Positions 22,574-35,210 of a DNA stretch of 64,000 bases are shown piece by piece; position 1 is the stretch's first letter; each line of letters begins with the position of its first letter. The stretch is from Mustelus asterias (taxonomy: Eukaryota). The notes below the pieces were generated by a model, which was not told the DNA's origin, ran no database searches, and saw only the letters and a list, made by a program, of their open reading frames with translations. The position numbers and the translations under genes are program-made. Location of the stretch: positions 20,646,001 through 20,710,000 of the forward strand of contig NC_135825.1 of the NCBI RefSeq assembly GCF_964213995.1. Direction: 5' to 3'.

Positions 22574-23544
22574 CTGTTGAAAGAAATCAGTGCAAACATT
22601 TAGCTCCATTGTGCTCTGTAAGAGAGAGCCAAATGCACCAGGAATGTTGTTTCACCAAGTTTGAAATTCGAGAATCAGGAATCAAAACCACCAATCCTCA
22701 CAAAACGAGCTTTATGAATGGCTGCTATTCACAAGACAAGCAAGTTGACCTCTGCTCATCACAAAGGACCTCCATGTTTTAACAGCAACAACTCTCAAAC
22801 ACAAATGTTCTCCTTCGACACAAAACTTATCCAAATTGGAAGGAATGAAAAACTTTATTACTGATCTCTAATGATTTGTCTTGGTGAATTATTTTAATTC
22901 TACATCCATTCTGTCTTGGTGGATTGTCTTAATTCCACAGCTATTCTTTACACCAATGGCCTGAATTCCGCTCGAAGGAAAGGACAAACACATCTTGCAT
23001 TCCACCTCCTCTGAGCCATAATGGTTTAAAATTGGTCCAATCTAGCAGCAGAGTAAACCCAAGCATCCAGAGTGTTTGGTGGCCCTAAAAACATGTTGCC
23101 ACGTGTTGATGGCATTAATCAATGCCTCCACCTCAATGATCATTAGAAGTTGAAGGTGTCAAGACTTTTTAGAAACAGCATCTTAATTATTTCGGAATGG
23201 AGAATTTGAAGCCTCATACTTTATATCCCTGTACATATATTCACTGGTCATCGTAATTTGTGCAGTCAAAGCTGATCAAATACCATTTAGCGATGGAAAT
23301 TCTCTCTTGTAAATATGGAAAATAAGAGAATTCCTTTAGAAGAATTTTGTCAAGGGAAAAGTTGAGCAAGATGTTACAGCCATTATGACACAGCTTAGAT
23401 TTGATACACCAGTTGGTCTTTCCCTGCCCATCAAATTTTGCATTTTGTAATTCCCTAATTCATTAGCTTGCATCCCTGATGTAAATTACCCCTACCATCC
23501 ACCCCGCTCCCCACCCTCCCCCAAACGCCAATTCTACCAGGATC

Positions 23545-24322
23545 AATGCTGACATCAAAACGTAGTGGGTCAGATCTCAAACAATGACGAGACACAGTAC
23601 AGGAAAGAGATAGAGAATCTGGTGAACTGGTGCGATAACAATAATCTCTCCCCCAATGTCAACAAAACGAAGGAGACATCAACGGGGACGAAGTAGAATT
23701 GGTTGAGAGCTTCAGGTTTCTAGCTGTTCAGATCACCAACAACCTGTCCTGGTCACCCCATACCGACACTATAGTTAAGAAAGCCCACCAACGCCTCTAC
23801 TTTCTCAGAAGACTAAGAATATTTGGCATGTCTGCTGCGACTCTCACCAACTTTGACAGATGCACCATAGAAAGCATTCTTTCTGATTGTATCACAGCTT
23901 GGTATGGCTCCTGCTCTGCCCAAGACCGTGAGAAATTACAAAGGATCGTGAAAAAGTCCAGTCCATCACGCACACCAGCCTCCCACCCATTGACACTGTC
24001 TGTACTTCCCACTGCCTCGGAAAAGCAGCCAGCATAATTAAGGACACTATGCAGCCCCCACCTTCTTCCGTCAGGAAAAAACAATAGTCTGAGGACACGT
24101 ACCAACCGACTCAAGAACAACAACTTCCCTGCTGCCATCAGACTTTTGAATGGGTCTACCTTGCATGAAGTTGCTCTTTCTCTACCCCCAGCTATGACTG
24201 TAAAACTACATTCTGCACTCTTTCCTTTCTTTCTCTATGTCCATATGCTTTGTTTGTATAGCAAGAAACAATACTTTTCACTGTATACTAATACATATGA
24301 CAAAAATAAATCAAAATCAAAA
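23545..24322 (+). mobile_element. Rex1/Babar-type LINE 3' portion
   Basis: VESFRFLAVQITNNLSWSPHTDTIVKKAHQRLYFLRRLR...RCTIESILSDCITAWYGSC and tail aataaatcaaaatcaaaa. Confidence 0.85.
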
Positions 24323-25103
24323 CCAATGGGAAAGCACCCAAGCTGCTCACAAATCCCAAAGAAAGTATAAAATAACAATGCTATTGAGGTGTTCATAGAC
24401 TTAGCCTAAGGGAGAAGGGAAAATGAGCGCATTACCATTGGTGCAAAACTAGTTTTATTTCACAACAACAATAAACTGGGTCCATCTCCACAAAGTGAAG
24501 TAACAGTTTCTTCCCAGATTAGAGAGTCACACCATTTTGTTTTGACAGCACATGAAGTACAAGTGTAATGTGGAGTCAAACTTGATAAGTAAATATTTAA
24601 ACATCTATGTCAAACAGCTTTGCCTATTCCTTGTATCTGGGGATGTACAGATCTCACTCCCAATTAATACTCCAGGTTAGCAGATTAAACATGGATGGTG
24701 CCTTATTAGAATTTGACCTCCAGTTACCAATCTCAGATTGATAGCTCCAGCATTATGAGCTCCTTTTCCAAGGGCCCCATCACCCTCTATCCCTGCAAAC
24801 TGGTGAAAAGGGAATTTCCCCAAATGTCAACAAACCTAGTAAGGAAAAGGTAGCACTGACTAGACCCAACAATCTCACATGGACCAAAGTATTTGCCTGC
24901 TAGTTACTGGAAACAATTATCACCATCATAATAAATAATACCTGCAAATTAAATATTCTCTTCAATGCTGCAAAACAGTATGTGCATACCACCTGAAACA
25001 GAAGCTTCTTCACCCTTTGCAAAATATTCATTTTTGCTTCAGAAATTCTTAACTCTAAGTGGCTTAACAAAGAACTCTGCTGCCAGTTGGCAACAGGAAG
25101 ACA

Positions 25104-25253
25104 AGATGTGGAGATGTCGGCGTTGGACTGGGGTAAACACGGTATGAGTTTTAACAACACCAGGTTAAAGTCCAACAGATTTATCTGGTAGCACTAATGG
25201 CATTTGTGACCAAATAAACCTGTTGGACTTTAACCTGGTGTTGTTAAAACTCT
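25104..25253. mobile_element. Palindromic Penelope-terminus mini-insertion
   Basis: Inverted arms gttttaacaacaccaggttaaagtccaacag / ctgttggactttaacctggtgttgttaaaac. 14-bp direct repeat aacaggaagacaag (25092-25105, 25254-25267). Confidence 0.85.
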
Positions 25254-25984
25254 AACAGGAAGACAAGCCAGTTGCTTGCAAATGCAGAAGAGTGGACCCT
25301 TAAGGGCTTCCTGGAGATACTGTTAAAGCTTACCATGTTCAGATTGATAGTTTGAGGATGACAAACAGAAAAGACACACAGCACCTGACAGAAAGGCATT
25401 TTTGAAAGTCGGCATTGAGACTCCCACATGGTGCGCTGCCCGCCCTCCCCGTCCCCCATGCTGCTGAAGACAGTTTAAACAAAATTGGAGGAGTTGAGGG
25501 GGAAGGCAGGCACCAGTGTATGGAAAACAGAAGGGAGTTAAGAGTGTTGGATAGTATCAGAGGAGTACCATAGTAGATAGGAGCACACTATAAAAGGATT
25601 ATGAGGAATACAAGAGCAGGTTTTAAAGATCACTTATGTACGTAAAGGCACAAAATGCAGTGATTAAGATTGGTGAGCTACAGGCACAAATAGCCATTTC
25701 CGAATATGATGCAACAGCAATCAACAGAATTGTGGCTTAAAATGGTGAGGATTGGATGCAGATAAAGTGTCCAGAAAAAAGATAAGGAAGGGAAGAAAAT
25801 GAGATGGGGTAGTGAGTTGATCTGGGAAAATACAGTAAATGTTGGAAAAAGGTTATCCTTGAGGGTCAAAGACTGAATCTATTTGGTTAGTGTCGAGAAG
25901 CAAAAAAAGGTAGGAGCACACTATTGGAAGTATTTTACACATCTCCAAATAGTCAGGCCTATTTTACAGGGAAATCACAGATGA

Positions 25985-26156
25985 GGCAGAATTACAGTGC
26001 AGAAGGAGGCCATTCACCCATCAAGTATGCACTGACTCTCCAAAAGAGCACCTCACTCAGGCCTACACACCGCCCCCCCCCCCCCCCCCCCCATCCCTAT
26101 GCATTTACCCTGGTTAATCCATCTAACCTACGCACCTTTGGGCACCAAGGGGCAAC
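25985..26156 (-). mobile_element. HE1 SINE 3' fragment
   Basis: acagtgcagaaggaggccattc...atccatctaacctacgcacctttggg. Confidence 0.7.
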
Positions 26157-26665
26157 TATAGAGTAGTGAGTTTGAGGGGCTTTAATGACCCAAATTTCAA
26201 TTTGGAAGATGTTTGAATAAAAGGTAAGCAGGGGGAGGAATTCCTGAAATGTACTCAGGGGAAATTCTCAGTCCCATTAGAAAGGACGCATTGCTGAATC
26301 GTGAGTTGGGTAATGAGCTTGGAAAATTTGGGTAAGAGAGCAATCGCCGTTCAGTTTAGATGACAATAGGAAAGAACAAGAATTGATCTAAAGGACAGCT
26401 TCTAAATTAGAAGGGGACAAACGTCAGTGGGATGAGAGAGGATCTAACCTAGATAAAACAGAAGCACAAACCAACAAGAAAAACTGTAATGGAATTGAAA
26501 GTGAGGTTTAAGGGGATGATATTTCAGGTACAGGCTAGATAATTCCAACAAGAGGGAAAGGCAGGAGAACTAAAGCCAGGGGTCCTTGGATGACAAGATA
26601 GAAAGAAAATGTGAAACTAAAAAAGTTTCATGATGCATGTCCATGGAATTCTTCAAGTGAGAACA

Positions 26666-27032
26666 GGATGGCCCAGTGGTACAGTGGTCATCACTGCTGC
26701 CTCACAGCTCCAAGGATGCAGGTTCAATTCTGGCCTTATATTAAATCGTCGACTTCATAAATAGAAGTGTGTGTGGAGTTTGCATGTTCTGTGTTTGCGT
26801 GGGTTTCCTCTGGGTGCTCCAGTTTCTTCCCACAGTCCAAAGATGTGCAGGTTAGACCAATTGGCCATGCTAAGTTGCCCCATAGTGTCCCAAGATTTCC
26901 AGGTTTGATGGATTAGCCATGGTAAATGCGCGGGGTTACAAGGATAGGGCAGGGGAGAGAGCCTGGGTAAGATATTCGGTCAGAGAGCTGGTGCAGACTC
27001 GAGAGGCCAAATGTACTGTAAGGATTCTATGA
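26666..27032 (+). mobile_element. HE1-type V-SINE
   Basis: Head, V-domain and tail ...tactgtaaggattctatg. Confidence 0.85.
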
Positions 27033-27269
27033 AAAGAATTAGTTCAAATATAATAGGCTGAGAGAAGAGAAGCAGAAAATACGACTGGCAAAGAGAGAAT
27101 GTGAGAATAGAATGGTGGTTAACATAAAAAAGGGACTCAACATTTGTCTACCAGCTTGTGATTAAGGAGGTAGTGAGAAGTCAATGAGGGACAGAGCTCG
27201 ATTAAATGCTTGGAGTAGCAGGGAAGTCTTACTTTGTAAATACTGACATAAATTATTCATTAACCAAGA

Positions 27270-27572
27270 GGATGCTGACACAATGGTTAGCACTGCTATC
27301 TCACAGCATCAGGGACCAGGATACAATTCTTGCCTTAGATGACTATCTGTGTGGAGTTTTCACATTCTCCGTGGATTTCCTCTGGGTGCTCCGGTTTCTT
27401 CCCACAGTCCAAAGATGTGGGCATTAGGTGGACTGGCCATACTAAATTGCCCCTTAGTGTCAGGGGGGCTAGGGTAACTACTTGGGGTTATGGGGATAGG
27501 GCCTGGGTGGGATTGTTGTCGTGCAGGCTCGATGGGCTGAAAGGCCTCCTTTTGCTCTGTCGAGATTCTATG
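27270..27572 (+). mobile_element. HE1-type V-SINE
   Basis: Head, V-domain and tail gatgggctgaaaggcctcc...gattctatg. Confidence 0.85.
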
Positions 27573-29166
27573 AAACATTTAACTCTATGAAAATATTGGT
27601 CAAAGTGGAATGAAAATTAATATGTAGGATGTATTGGAAAGGTTAACAATGCAGAGGAGTGGACAGGTTCCCTGGTCTAGGTGGCTTGTATCCAGGCTGC
27701 TAAAGGAAGTGGGGATGGAGATAGCAAGTCAAGCCAATCTTCCCCAAATACAGGGAGGTACTTGGATTTTTGGAAGCGCCAGGACACATTGAGGGGCATT
27801 TGCAGAGCATATTGGACTTCGTAAATAGGAGGAGGAGTTCAAAAGCAGGGAAGTTTTATTGGATCTTTATGCAGCTCCTGTTATAGGCCACAACTAGAGT
27901 ATTGTGTGCAGTTCTGGCCACGACTCAGGATGTAAGTGTCCATGAGAGGGTGCAGAGGAGATTTACCAGAATGATTCATGGGTTAAGAGACTTTAGTGAC
28001 AAGGCTAGGCTGGAGAAGCTGCAATTATTTTCCATGGGGCAAAAGGAGGTAAGCAGAGATTTGAATGTGTTACACAAGATTATGGCCGGTTTAAATTAAA
28101 GGTAGACAAAGAAAAGCTGTTCCCATTAGCTGATGGTACAAGAGACAAAGGGATTGGGGGCATAGATTTAAGGCTTTGGGTGAGATGTGAGGAGGAAGAA
28201 CGCTTTTTAATGCAACAAATCCCAATGACCCAGAACTCACTGCATATGCGGGAGTCTATTAACAACTTCAAAAGTAAAGTGGAAGAGCACTTGAAGGAAA
28301 TAAACCAGCAGGACTACAGAGGGAGAGCAGGGGAAATGGGAAAACGGACTAACTGGATTGCCCTCCTTCTGTGACCGTGCTGATTTATCAGTCTTTATGT
28401 GATGTCCCAGTAATCTTCAGTAAAATAAACACAAATTTATTTTGTTAAAACTTCAGCCACTGAAATCCAGCAATGATTCCAGGATTTGAATACATTCTTT
28501 GATGAAAGAGAGGCAGGAATCTTCTGTAGTTGCACATAATAGTCTGCAGCTAATGGTGGCTCAGCAGGTGAAGCAGTGCCTCAGTTAGAATTGTCACAAA
28601 CATTCCTAATCTAAACAGTTTAACAACCATATTTTGTTTCAATAGTTAAGCTTTGTTAACAATTAATAAAAATGCAAAAGAACATTAAAGTTTAAATCTA
28701 TCTGCAGCAGCATTAAAACTAAAGATATTACACAAGCAAGGAGGACTTGGTAGCCATGGTAACAAAATATTTTGGTTAGACAATTTCAGATTGCTTAAAG
28801 TGACAAGAATACAAATGGAAAAAGGCTACAGTCTCAGCCAATGACAACTTTACATGTGACCTTAAATAAAAGGGGTTTTCATCTTGGGCTTTGAGAAGCA
28901 AATAGGAATTGGAGTTAGCCCTCAGCCCCTCACGCCTGTTCAACAATCAATTAACTCTATTTACCTGCTCTGAAGCCATATCACTTACTACTCCTGCCTA
29001 ACAAACACTTACCAATCTCAATTTTGACATTTTAAGTGTTCTAGGCTCAACAGCACCGTTTTCTTTTGGCGTGGCGTGGCGGGGTGGGGGGCGGGGGGGG
29101 GGGTGAATGGATGGGGGGGAGGAGGGGGGGAATGGGGGAGGGGGTGAAAGAGTGTGATAGCTTCAG

Positions 29167-29570
29167 TGGTTAGGTGCATTGGCCATGGTAAATTCTCTTT
29201 CAGCGTACCCGCACAGGCGCCGGAGTGTGGCAACTAGGAGTTTTTCATAGTTTCATTGCAGCATTCACAGAATCCTACAGTGCAGAAGGAGGCCATTCGA
29301 CCCATCAAGTCTACACCGACTACAGTCCCACACAGGCCCTATGCCTATAACCCCATACATTTGCCCTAGCTAGTCCCCCCTGATACTAAAGGGGCAACTT
29401 GACATGGCCAATCCACCTAACCTTCACATCTTTGGACTGTGGGAGGAAACCAGAGCACCCGGAGGAAACCCACGCAGACACGGGGAGAATGTGCAAACTC
29501 CATACTGACATTGACCCAAGCCAGGCTGTGTTGATGTAAGCCTACTTGTGATACTAATAAATAAACTTTA
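29167..29570. mobile_element. Type-B V-SINE 3' part (+) with an HE1 SINE (-, ~29268-29525) inserted in its tail
   Basis: The type-B tail is split between ...tttcattgcag and tgttgatgtaagcctacttgtgatactaataaataaacttta. Confidence 0.8.
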
Positions 29571-31469
29571 AGCAAGACTACCATTAGCATGAAGAAGCGC
29601 TTTCTGATTTCATTCCTGAATGGTCCAGTTCTGATGAGATTATGTCCCCTTGATTTCTGTAGCACTTCTCCACTCCACAAAGGAAGAAATTACAACCATC
29701 CGTCAAACCTTTCATTCTTAAAACACCATAAATTAGCCCATCCCCAGTCTTCTACATAAGTTTCTCTATGCAGTATTCCCCTCTCGTGGTATGAAAACAA
29801 CAAGTGTTTAATTGTGGGTGCAGCATGCAATGTATACATATCTCACTGATCAAAAAGATTAGTTTAGCATGATTCCTGACCAGATCAAAGGAGTGTGACT
29901 CAACACTTTAGTTTATTCCTTCTATTTTGTCCAAGTATAACCTAACTAAAACGCTCATTCCAGAACCTATGGGTGCATGGTTTGACATTTAACATTTTAC
30001 CACTAAACCTGTTCTAAATACAATTTTCTCAGTGTCACGCCTTAAGACTTAGCCCCAGCTCCACGGATTTGGGGCAGTATTGGGAATTTGTTACCAAATG
30101 ATCGATGCACACTGCTGTGACTTTGAGTCAACAATTTTATAAATGATATTCTATTCCCCACAGTAGAAACAGACAAGCGTAGGCTGTTTGAAAATTAATC
30201 CCCAGTGGCACAGTAAAATGCAAAAAGCTAGTGCAATTCAGGTGGGCGGCGGAATTTTATGCTACTGAATTCTCCAAGTAGAACTTGCAAATGTAAATGC
30301 GGGCTGGTGCACGCTATTAGTTATTGCAATGAACATAAAGCGTAATCTGAAAAAAAAACTGACCCAGCAGGTGAACAGAGGTGAAACAGAGTTAATCTGC
30401 AAATGTGAATTCTAACTACAATTACCAGTTTCTGTGATCTGAAAGGTCATTAGAAACAGGTTTCTCTACATTCTTAGAGTGAAAATAATTGCCAATGAAA
30501 TGGACAGGATGTTTGAATATCTTGAATATAAACATACAGAAATAAAATACGAACAGGGTTCCATTTTTAAACTTAGTTAGGAATATCGTCACAAAAGTAA
30601 CCACACCAACCCCCACCGTAACCAAGGGGAAACCTATGCCTTCTCAGACATTCTGTCTCACACACTGATTTGCTATGATAAATCGCACAGCATAGGAGCT
30701 CATTCAGCCCTTCAATCTTGTGCTGGTTCGTCCAAGAGCCACCCAATTAGTCCTACTGTTTTGGCACAAAACCAAAACAATATTCACTGATTTAACCTTT
30801 TGGACAGAAATACTCGTTGTACTTGAAATCCACAACCATCGTCATAATATATACACAAAAATGTGGTCTAGCAATGAGCCAAAATAAAAACCACAGAAAA
30901 CACGACTCCAGGGAGACTTTTGAAGCGACTCTTTTTGCTCCAATTTGAATTAATAATACATATAGATTTTGGAAATACCAAAGGGATGGAATATGGATTT
31001 CATTAGTAGAAAGTCTAAAGTCCAAACTTTTGTACTTAAATTCCAGCATTTTATATACTTTAAGAAATGTTCCATCAAATGTGTTCAGATGCAATTCATA
31101 TGATGTATGGATCCTGGCTTATAAACTGTCAAACCTGGCCAATAGTGTTACATCAGAAGTTATATAGTGATTGAAAATGATGCCCCATCACATATTGATT
31201 GAAAGTTTATATAATTAAAATACAAGTATTTCCAGTCAAATTTCCTATAACATTCAAGAGAGGCAACAAGCTACAATCCATATGGGAGGATGGCTAGTTT
31301 ACCCTTTGATCAACAAAAGATGACCATCCATTTCCTGGCTACTTCCACTCTGTTCTGGAACTGTTCATTGGAAAGTTTGCAAAGAGCAGCCTAACAATGA
31401 CTTCCACGTAATGTTCTGATTTACCTTCTTCCCTCCCTTCAAATGGGGAGGCCTACCTTCTGCTCAGTG

Positions 31470-32272
31470 TCACTGCAGTACAGGAAAGAGAGAGAGAGAA
31501 TCTGGTGAAATGGTGCGACGAGAATAATCTCTCCCTCAACATCAGTAAAATGAAGGAGATAGTCATTGACTTCAGGTAGTGTAGAGGAGGACATGCCCCT
31601 GCCTACATCAATGGGGATGAAGTGGAAATGGTCGAGAGCTTCAAGTCTCCAGCTGTCCAGATCACCAACAACCTGCTCTGGTTCCTCCATGCCAACGCTA
31701 TAGTTAAAGCCCACCAGTGCCTCTACTTTCTTAGGAGGCTAAGGAAATTTGGCATGTCTGCCTCGATTCTCAGCAATTTTTACAAATGCACCATAGAAAG
31801 CATCCATTCTGGATGTATCACAGCTTGATATGGCTCCTGCTCTGACCAAGACCACAAGAAACTATGAAGGGTTGTGAACGTAGCCCAGTCCAATATGCAA
31901 ATACATCCATTGACTCTGTCTACACTTCCCCCTGCCTCGGGAAAGCAGCCAGCATAATCAAGGACCCCATGCACCCCGGACATTCTCTCTTCCACCATCT
32001 TCCATCAGGAAAAAGATACAAAAGTCTGGCGATCATGCATCAACCGACTCAAGAATAGTTCTTCCCTGCTGCCATCAGATTTTTGAATGGACCTACCTTA
32101 TATTAAGTTGATCCTTCACTATACCCTAGCTATGACTGTAAAACTACATTCTGCACCCTCTCCTTTCCTTCTCCCCTATGTACTCTACGAACGGCATGCT
32201 TTGTCTTTATAACACGCAAGAAACAACACTTTTCACTGTATATCAATACATGTAACAATAATAAATCAATAA
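31470..32272 (+). mobile_element. Rex1/Babar-type LINE 3' portion
   Basis: VESFKSPAVQITNNLLW...KAHQCLYFLRRLRKFGMS...KCTIESI and the same 3' UTR. Confidence 0.85.
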
Positions 32273-32949
32273 ATGCCAAGGTCAACTTGGTGGACGGGGA
32301 AAATTAGAAGAATTTGAAGCATCGCCCCTCACTTAATGAAATTGTGAAGTGGCTCTGCAGTGCAGCATTGTGTGAAATCTAGTGCTGATGAAATACTCAA
32401 GACTTGTCTTTCCCCCTAATGAGATATGTAGGTGGTGATGAGTTACGCAACTAACCTAGTCAGAACTTGGAAGCTGTAAACCATAAAAGTAAATTTGAAA
32501 CCTGTTATGGATATCAAAAAAAACCTTTCCCTGTCCTTTACATAAGTAGTTGTTGGCCAATGCAATGTATTTATTGAATTGATTGAACAGTATTAAGCCT
32601 TTCTAAAAACATTTACTACGTTGCCTTGAGTGATCCTCAATGCAATTGCAAAGTAAAACATCATAGATAGGAAATAAGCATCCTCAGAGAAAATAATTAA
32701 ATTCAGTGAAAAGTTTCATTCACTAATCACATTGGTTTAAATTCAATGAATCCAGAAATTGGGAGCAGTTGCACTTTGTTAAAAAATTCACTGCAGTCAA
32801 AATACATTTAGATTTCATTTATTAACCAAAATGATTTTGAAGGCATAATTTGTTTAATAACACAGGGAGATGACTCATTCTATCAATCATCAATGCATGG
32901 CGACAGGATTGGACGATTCAGACTTTACTAGGAAAATGGACAGCTCACT

Positions 32950-33611
32950 GATAGGGTCGTAAAGAGTGCCTTTGGTACATTGGCCTTTATAAATCGGAGT
33001 ATCGAGTATAAAAGTTGGAGTGTTATGGTAAGGTTATATAAGGCATTGGTGAGGCCGAGTTTGGAGTATTGTGTACAGTTTTGGTCACCTAGTTACAGGA
33101 AGGATGTAAATAAGATTGAAAGAGTGCAGAGAAGGTTCACAAGGATGTTGCCGGGACTTGAGAAGCTGAGTTACAGAGAGAGATTGAATAGGTTGGGACT
33201 TTATTCCCTGGAGCGTAGAAGATTGAGGGGAGATTTGATAGAGGTGTATAAGATTTTGATGGGTATAGATAGAGTGAATGCAAGCAGGCTTTTTCCGCTG
33301 AGGCTAGGGGAGAAAAAAACCAGAGGGCATGGGTTAAGGGTGAAAGGAGAAAAGTTTAAAAGGAATATTAGGGGGGGCTTCTTCACGCAGAGAGTGGTGG
33401 GAGTGTGGAATGAGCTGCCGGATAAAGTGGTAAATGCGGGGTCACTTTTAACATTTAAGAAAAACTTGGACGGGTTCATGGATGAGAGGGGTGTGGAGGG
33501 ATATGGTCCAAGTGCAGGTCAGTGGGACTAGGCATAAAATGGTTCGGCACAGACAAGAAGGGCCAAAAGGCCTGTTTCTGAGCTGTAATTTTCTATGGTT
33601 CTATGGTTCTA
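32950..33611 (+). mobile_element. CR1/HER1 LINE 3' end, uninterrupted ORF2 C-terminus
   Basis: 183-aa ORF LYKALVRPSLEYCVQFWSP...ERRRLRGDLIEVYKI...FFTQRVVGVWNELP and tail ttctatggttctatggttcta. Confidence 0.92.
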
Positions 33612-33689
33612 ACATCCTGTAATTGTGCATAGATGAATCCTTTGATTTCACCCCATATTTGCATGAATGTATTCTAAATTCTGAAAAAA

Positions 33690-33995
33690 ATCATAAAGTC
33701 AGAGCTTTACAGCACAGAAAGAGGCTTCTTTGGCCCATCATGTCTGCGCCAACCAGCCATCAAGCATCCATCTATTCTAATCCCATTTTCCAGCACTTGG
33801 TCCATAGCCTTGTAAAAGTTGGCATTTCAAGTGCTCATCTAAATGCTTCTTAAATGTTACCAGAGTTCCTACTTCCAACACCCTTTCAGGCAGTGAGTTC
33901 CAGATTCCCATCAACCTGCGGATGAAAAATTGTTACCTCAAATCCCCTCTAAATCGCCTGCCCCTTACCTTAAATCTATGTCCCCTGGTTATTTC
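33690..33995 (-). mobile_element. CR1 3' fragment
   Basis: agcacagaaagaggc...ggcccatcatgtctg...ccctttcaggcagtgagttccagattcc...ccttaccttaaatctatgtcccctgg. Confidence 0.7.
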
Positions 33996-34248
33996 ATCCT
34001 ATCTACTATATCTAAATGGTCAAGAGATTTTTTGCCACTGACAAAGATTAATCAGAAATTCCATTCTTTTAAAATTAGATAAAGTATATTACCAAAAAAC
34101 TACCAAAGAAAATATTAGTAAGAATTGTTCAGTCTGGTGTGTGATTTTTTAAAAAAAATCATTACATTGACAGCATCTGATTAACTTGTCTTCTTTATTT
34201 AATCACCAACCCAACTTGCCACATCTAACTAAAATATGAATGACTTAC

Positions 34249-34353
34249 AAAAGCAGAGTTACTGCTTGTTATTTTGTTGCGGCTTCCGGCAATACTGACA
34301 CTGGCAATGGAATCCATCGGAGATTGTCTGGCCCACGTATCACTTGTGGGCAT
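34249..34353 (-). CDS. C1orf116: C1orf116/SARG, first coding exon (exon 34249-34429 including 5' UTR)
   Basis: MPTSDTWARQSPMDSIASVSIAGSRNKITSSNSAF|gtaagt, 105 nt, phase 0, resembling the SARG N-terminus. Acceptor ttttctctgattgcag at 34430. Spliced CDS is 1728 nt = 575 aa. Confidence 0.85.
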
Positions 34354-35079
34354 CGCACTGGGGCCTTCTTCTTGGGTTGAGTTCGGACAATGGTGTAAAT
34401 TAGGAAGAAGCAGAAAATTCCAATAGTGTCTGCAATCAGAGAAAAGCAGTTAGCAAACATGATAATGCTATTCCTTGTAAAGTTAGATTACATTGTGTCA
34501 CAATACACTCCATATAAAGAAAACACTTTACTTAAAACTTTCTGCAAAAAAAGCCAACATAACACCATGGGATGAACATATCTCCTCTATGGCTATTGCA
34601 CAGTAAATCTGGTGTTACCCTGTTCTACAGGATTATGGTGTGGTAAACCACATGATACATCGTTTACTGAAGGAATGAACCTAACAGCGTCTGCCATTAT
34701 TTAAAATTGTGCGTGTAATCTTGTCAATATATCATGCTACAAACTGCAGGAAGTGCAAGCAAGAATGGGGCAGTGAAGGGAACAGGACATCTCATCTTAA
34801 TTGGAGTGAATGAGTGTGAAATAAGCAGGACAAGAATTAGCAAGGAAATGTAAATTAGAATGGGTGAACTCAATTCCCAATCGTGTATACAAAGAAAAAT
34901 AACAGCAGGAAAGAGACAAAGAAGAAAGAAATGAAAAAAGTTGCATTTCCTACACTAAAAAGAACAAGTAAAACTAGAAGAAGGAATGAGACTCCGCAAC
35001 TGAAATCGTCAGTGCCAAAAAGTTGACAGTCACCAACAACTGGCACATTCTTTAAAGAATCAAAGCTTAAATTTAGTAT

Positions 35080-35210
35080 AAAAGCAAAACACTGCAGATG
35101 CTGGAATTTGAAATTAAAAAAAGTGGTGGAAATATTCAGTAGGTCTGGCAGCAACTGTGGAGAGAGAAACAGAGTTAACATTGAGTTGAATATGACTTCC
35201 TTCAGAAGAC
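35080..35210. mobile_element. Second Penelope-derived short repeat family (degenerate)
   Basis: gcaaaacactgcagatgctggaa...aggtctggcagcaactgtggagagagaaacagagttaac. Related copies at 46280-46380 and 60810-61070. Confidence 0.55.

Larger units (their letters stand above)
25480..28375 (+). mobile_element. Heavily decayed CR1 LINE (endonuclease and RT remnants) with nested HE1 SINEs
   Basis: CR1-like stretches such as aggccacaactagagtattgtgtgcagttctgg and ERVQRRFTRMIHGLRDFSDKARLEKLQLFS. May be a mosaic of several copies. Confidence 0.6.

Noticed and set aside
32980-33531. 183-aa ORF as a host gene
   Set aside because: It is the C-terminus of CR1 ORF2, followed by the CR1 tail.
15653-34353. Alternative identification as PROSER2
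   Set aside because: PROSER2 shares the LEETI and EALxKLGL motifs, but the N-terminus, the 105-nt first coding exon and the position next to YOD1 favour C1orf116.
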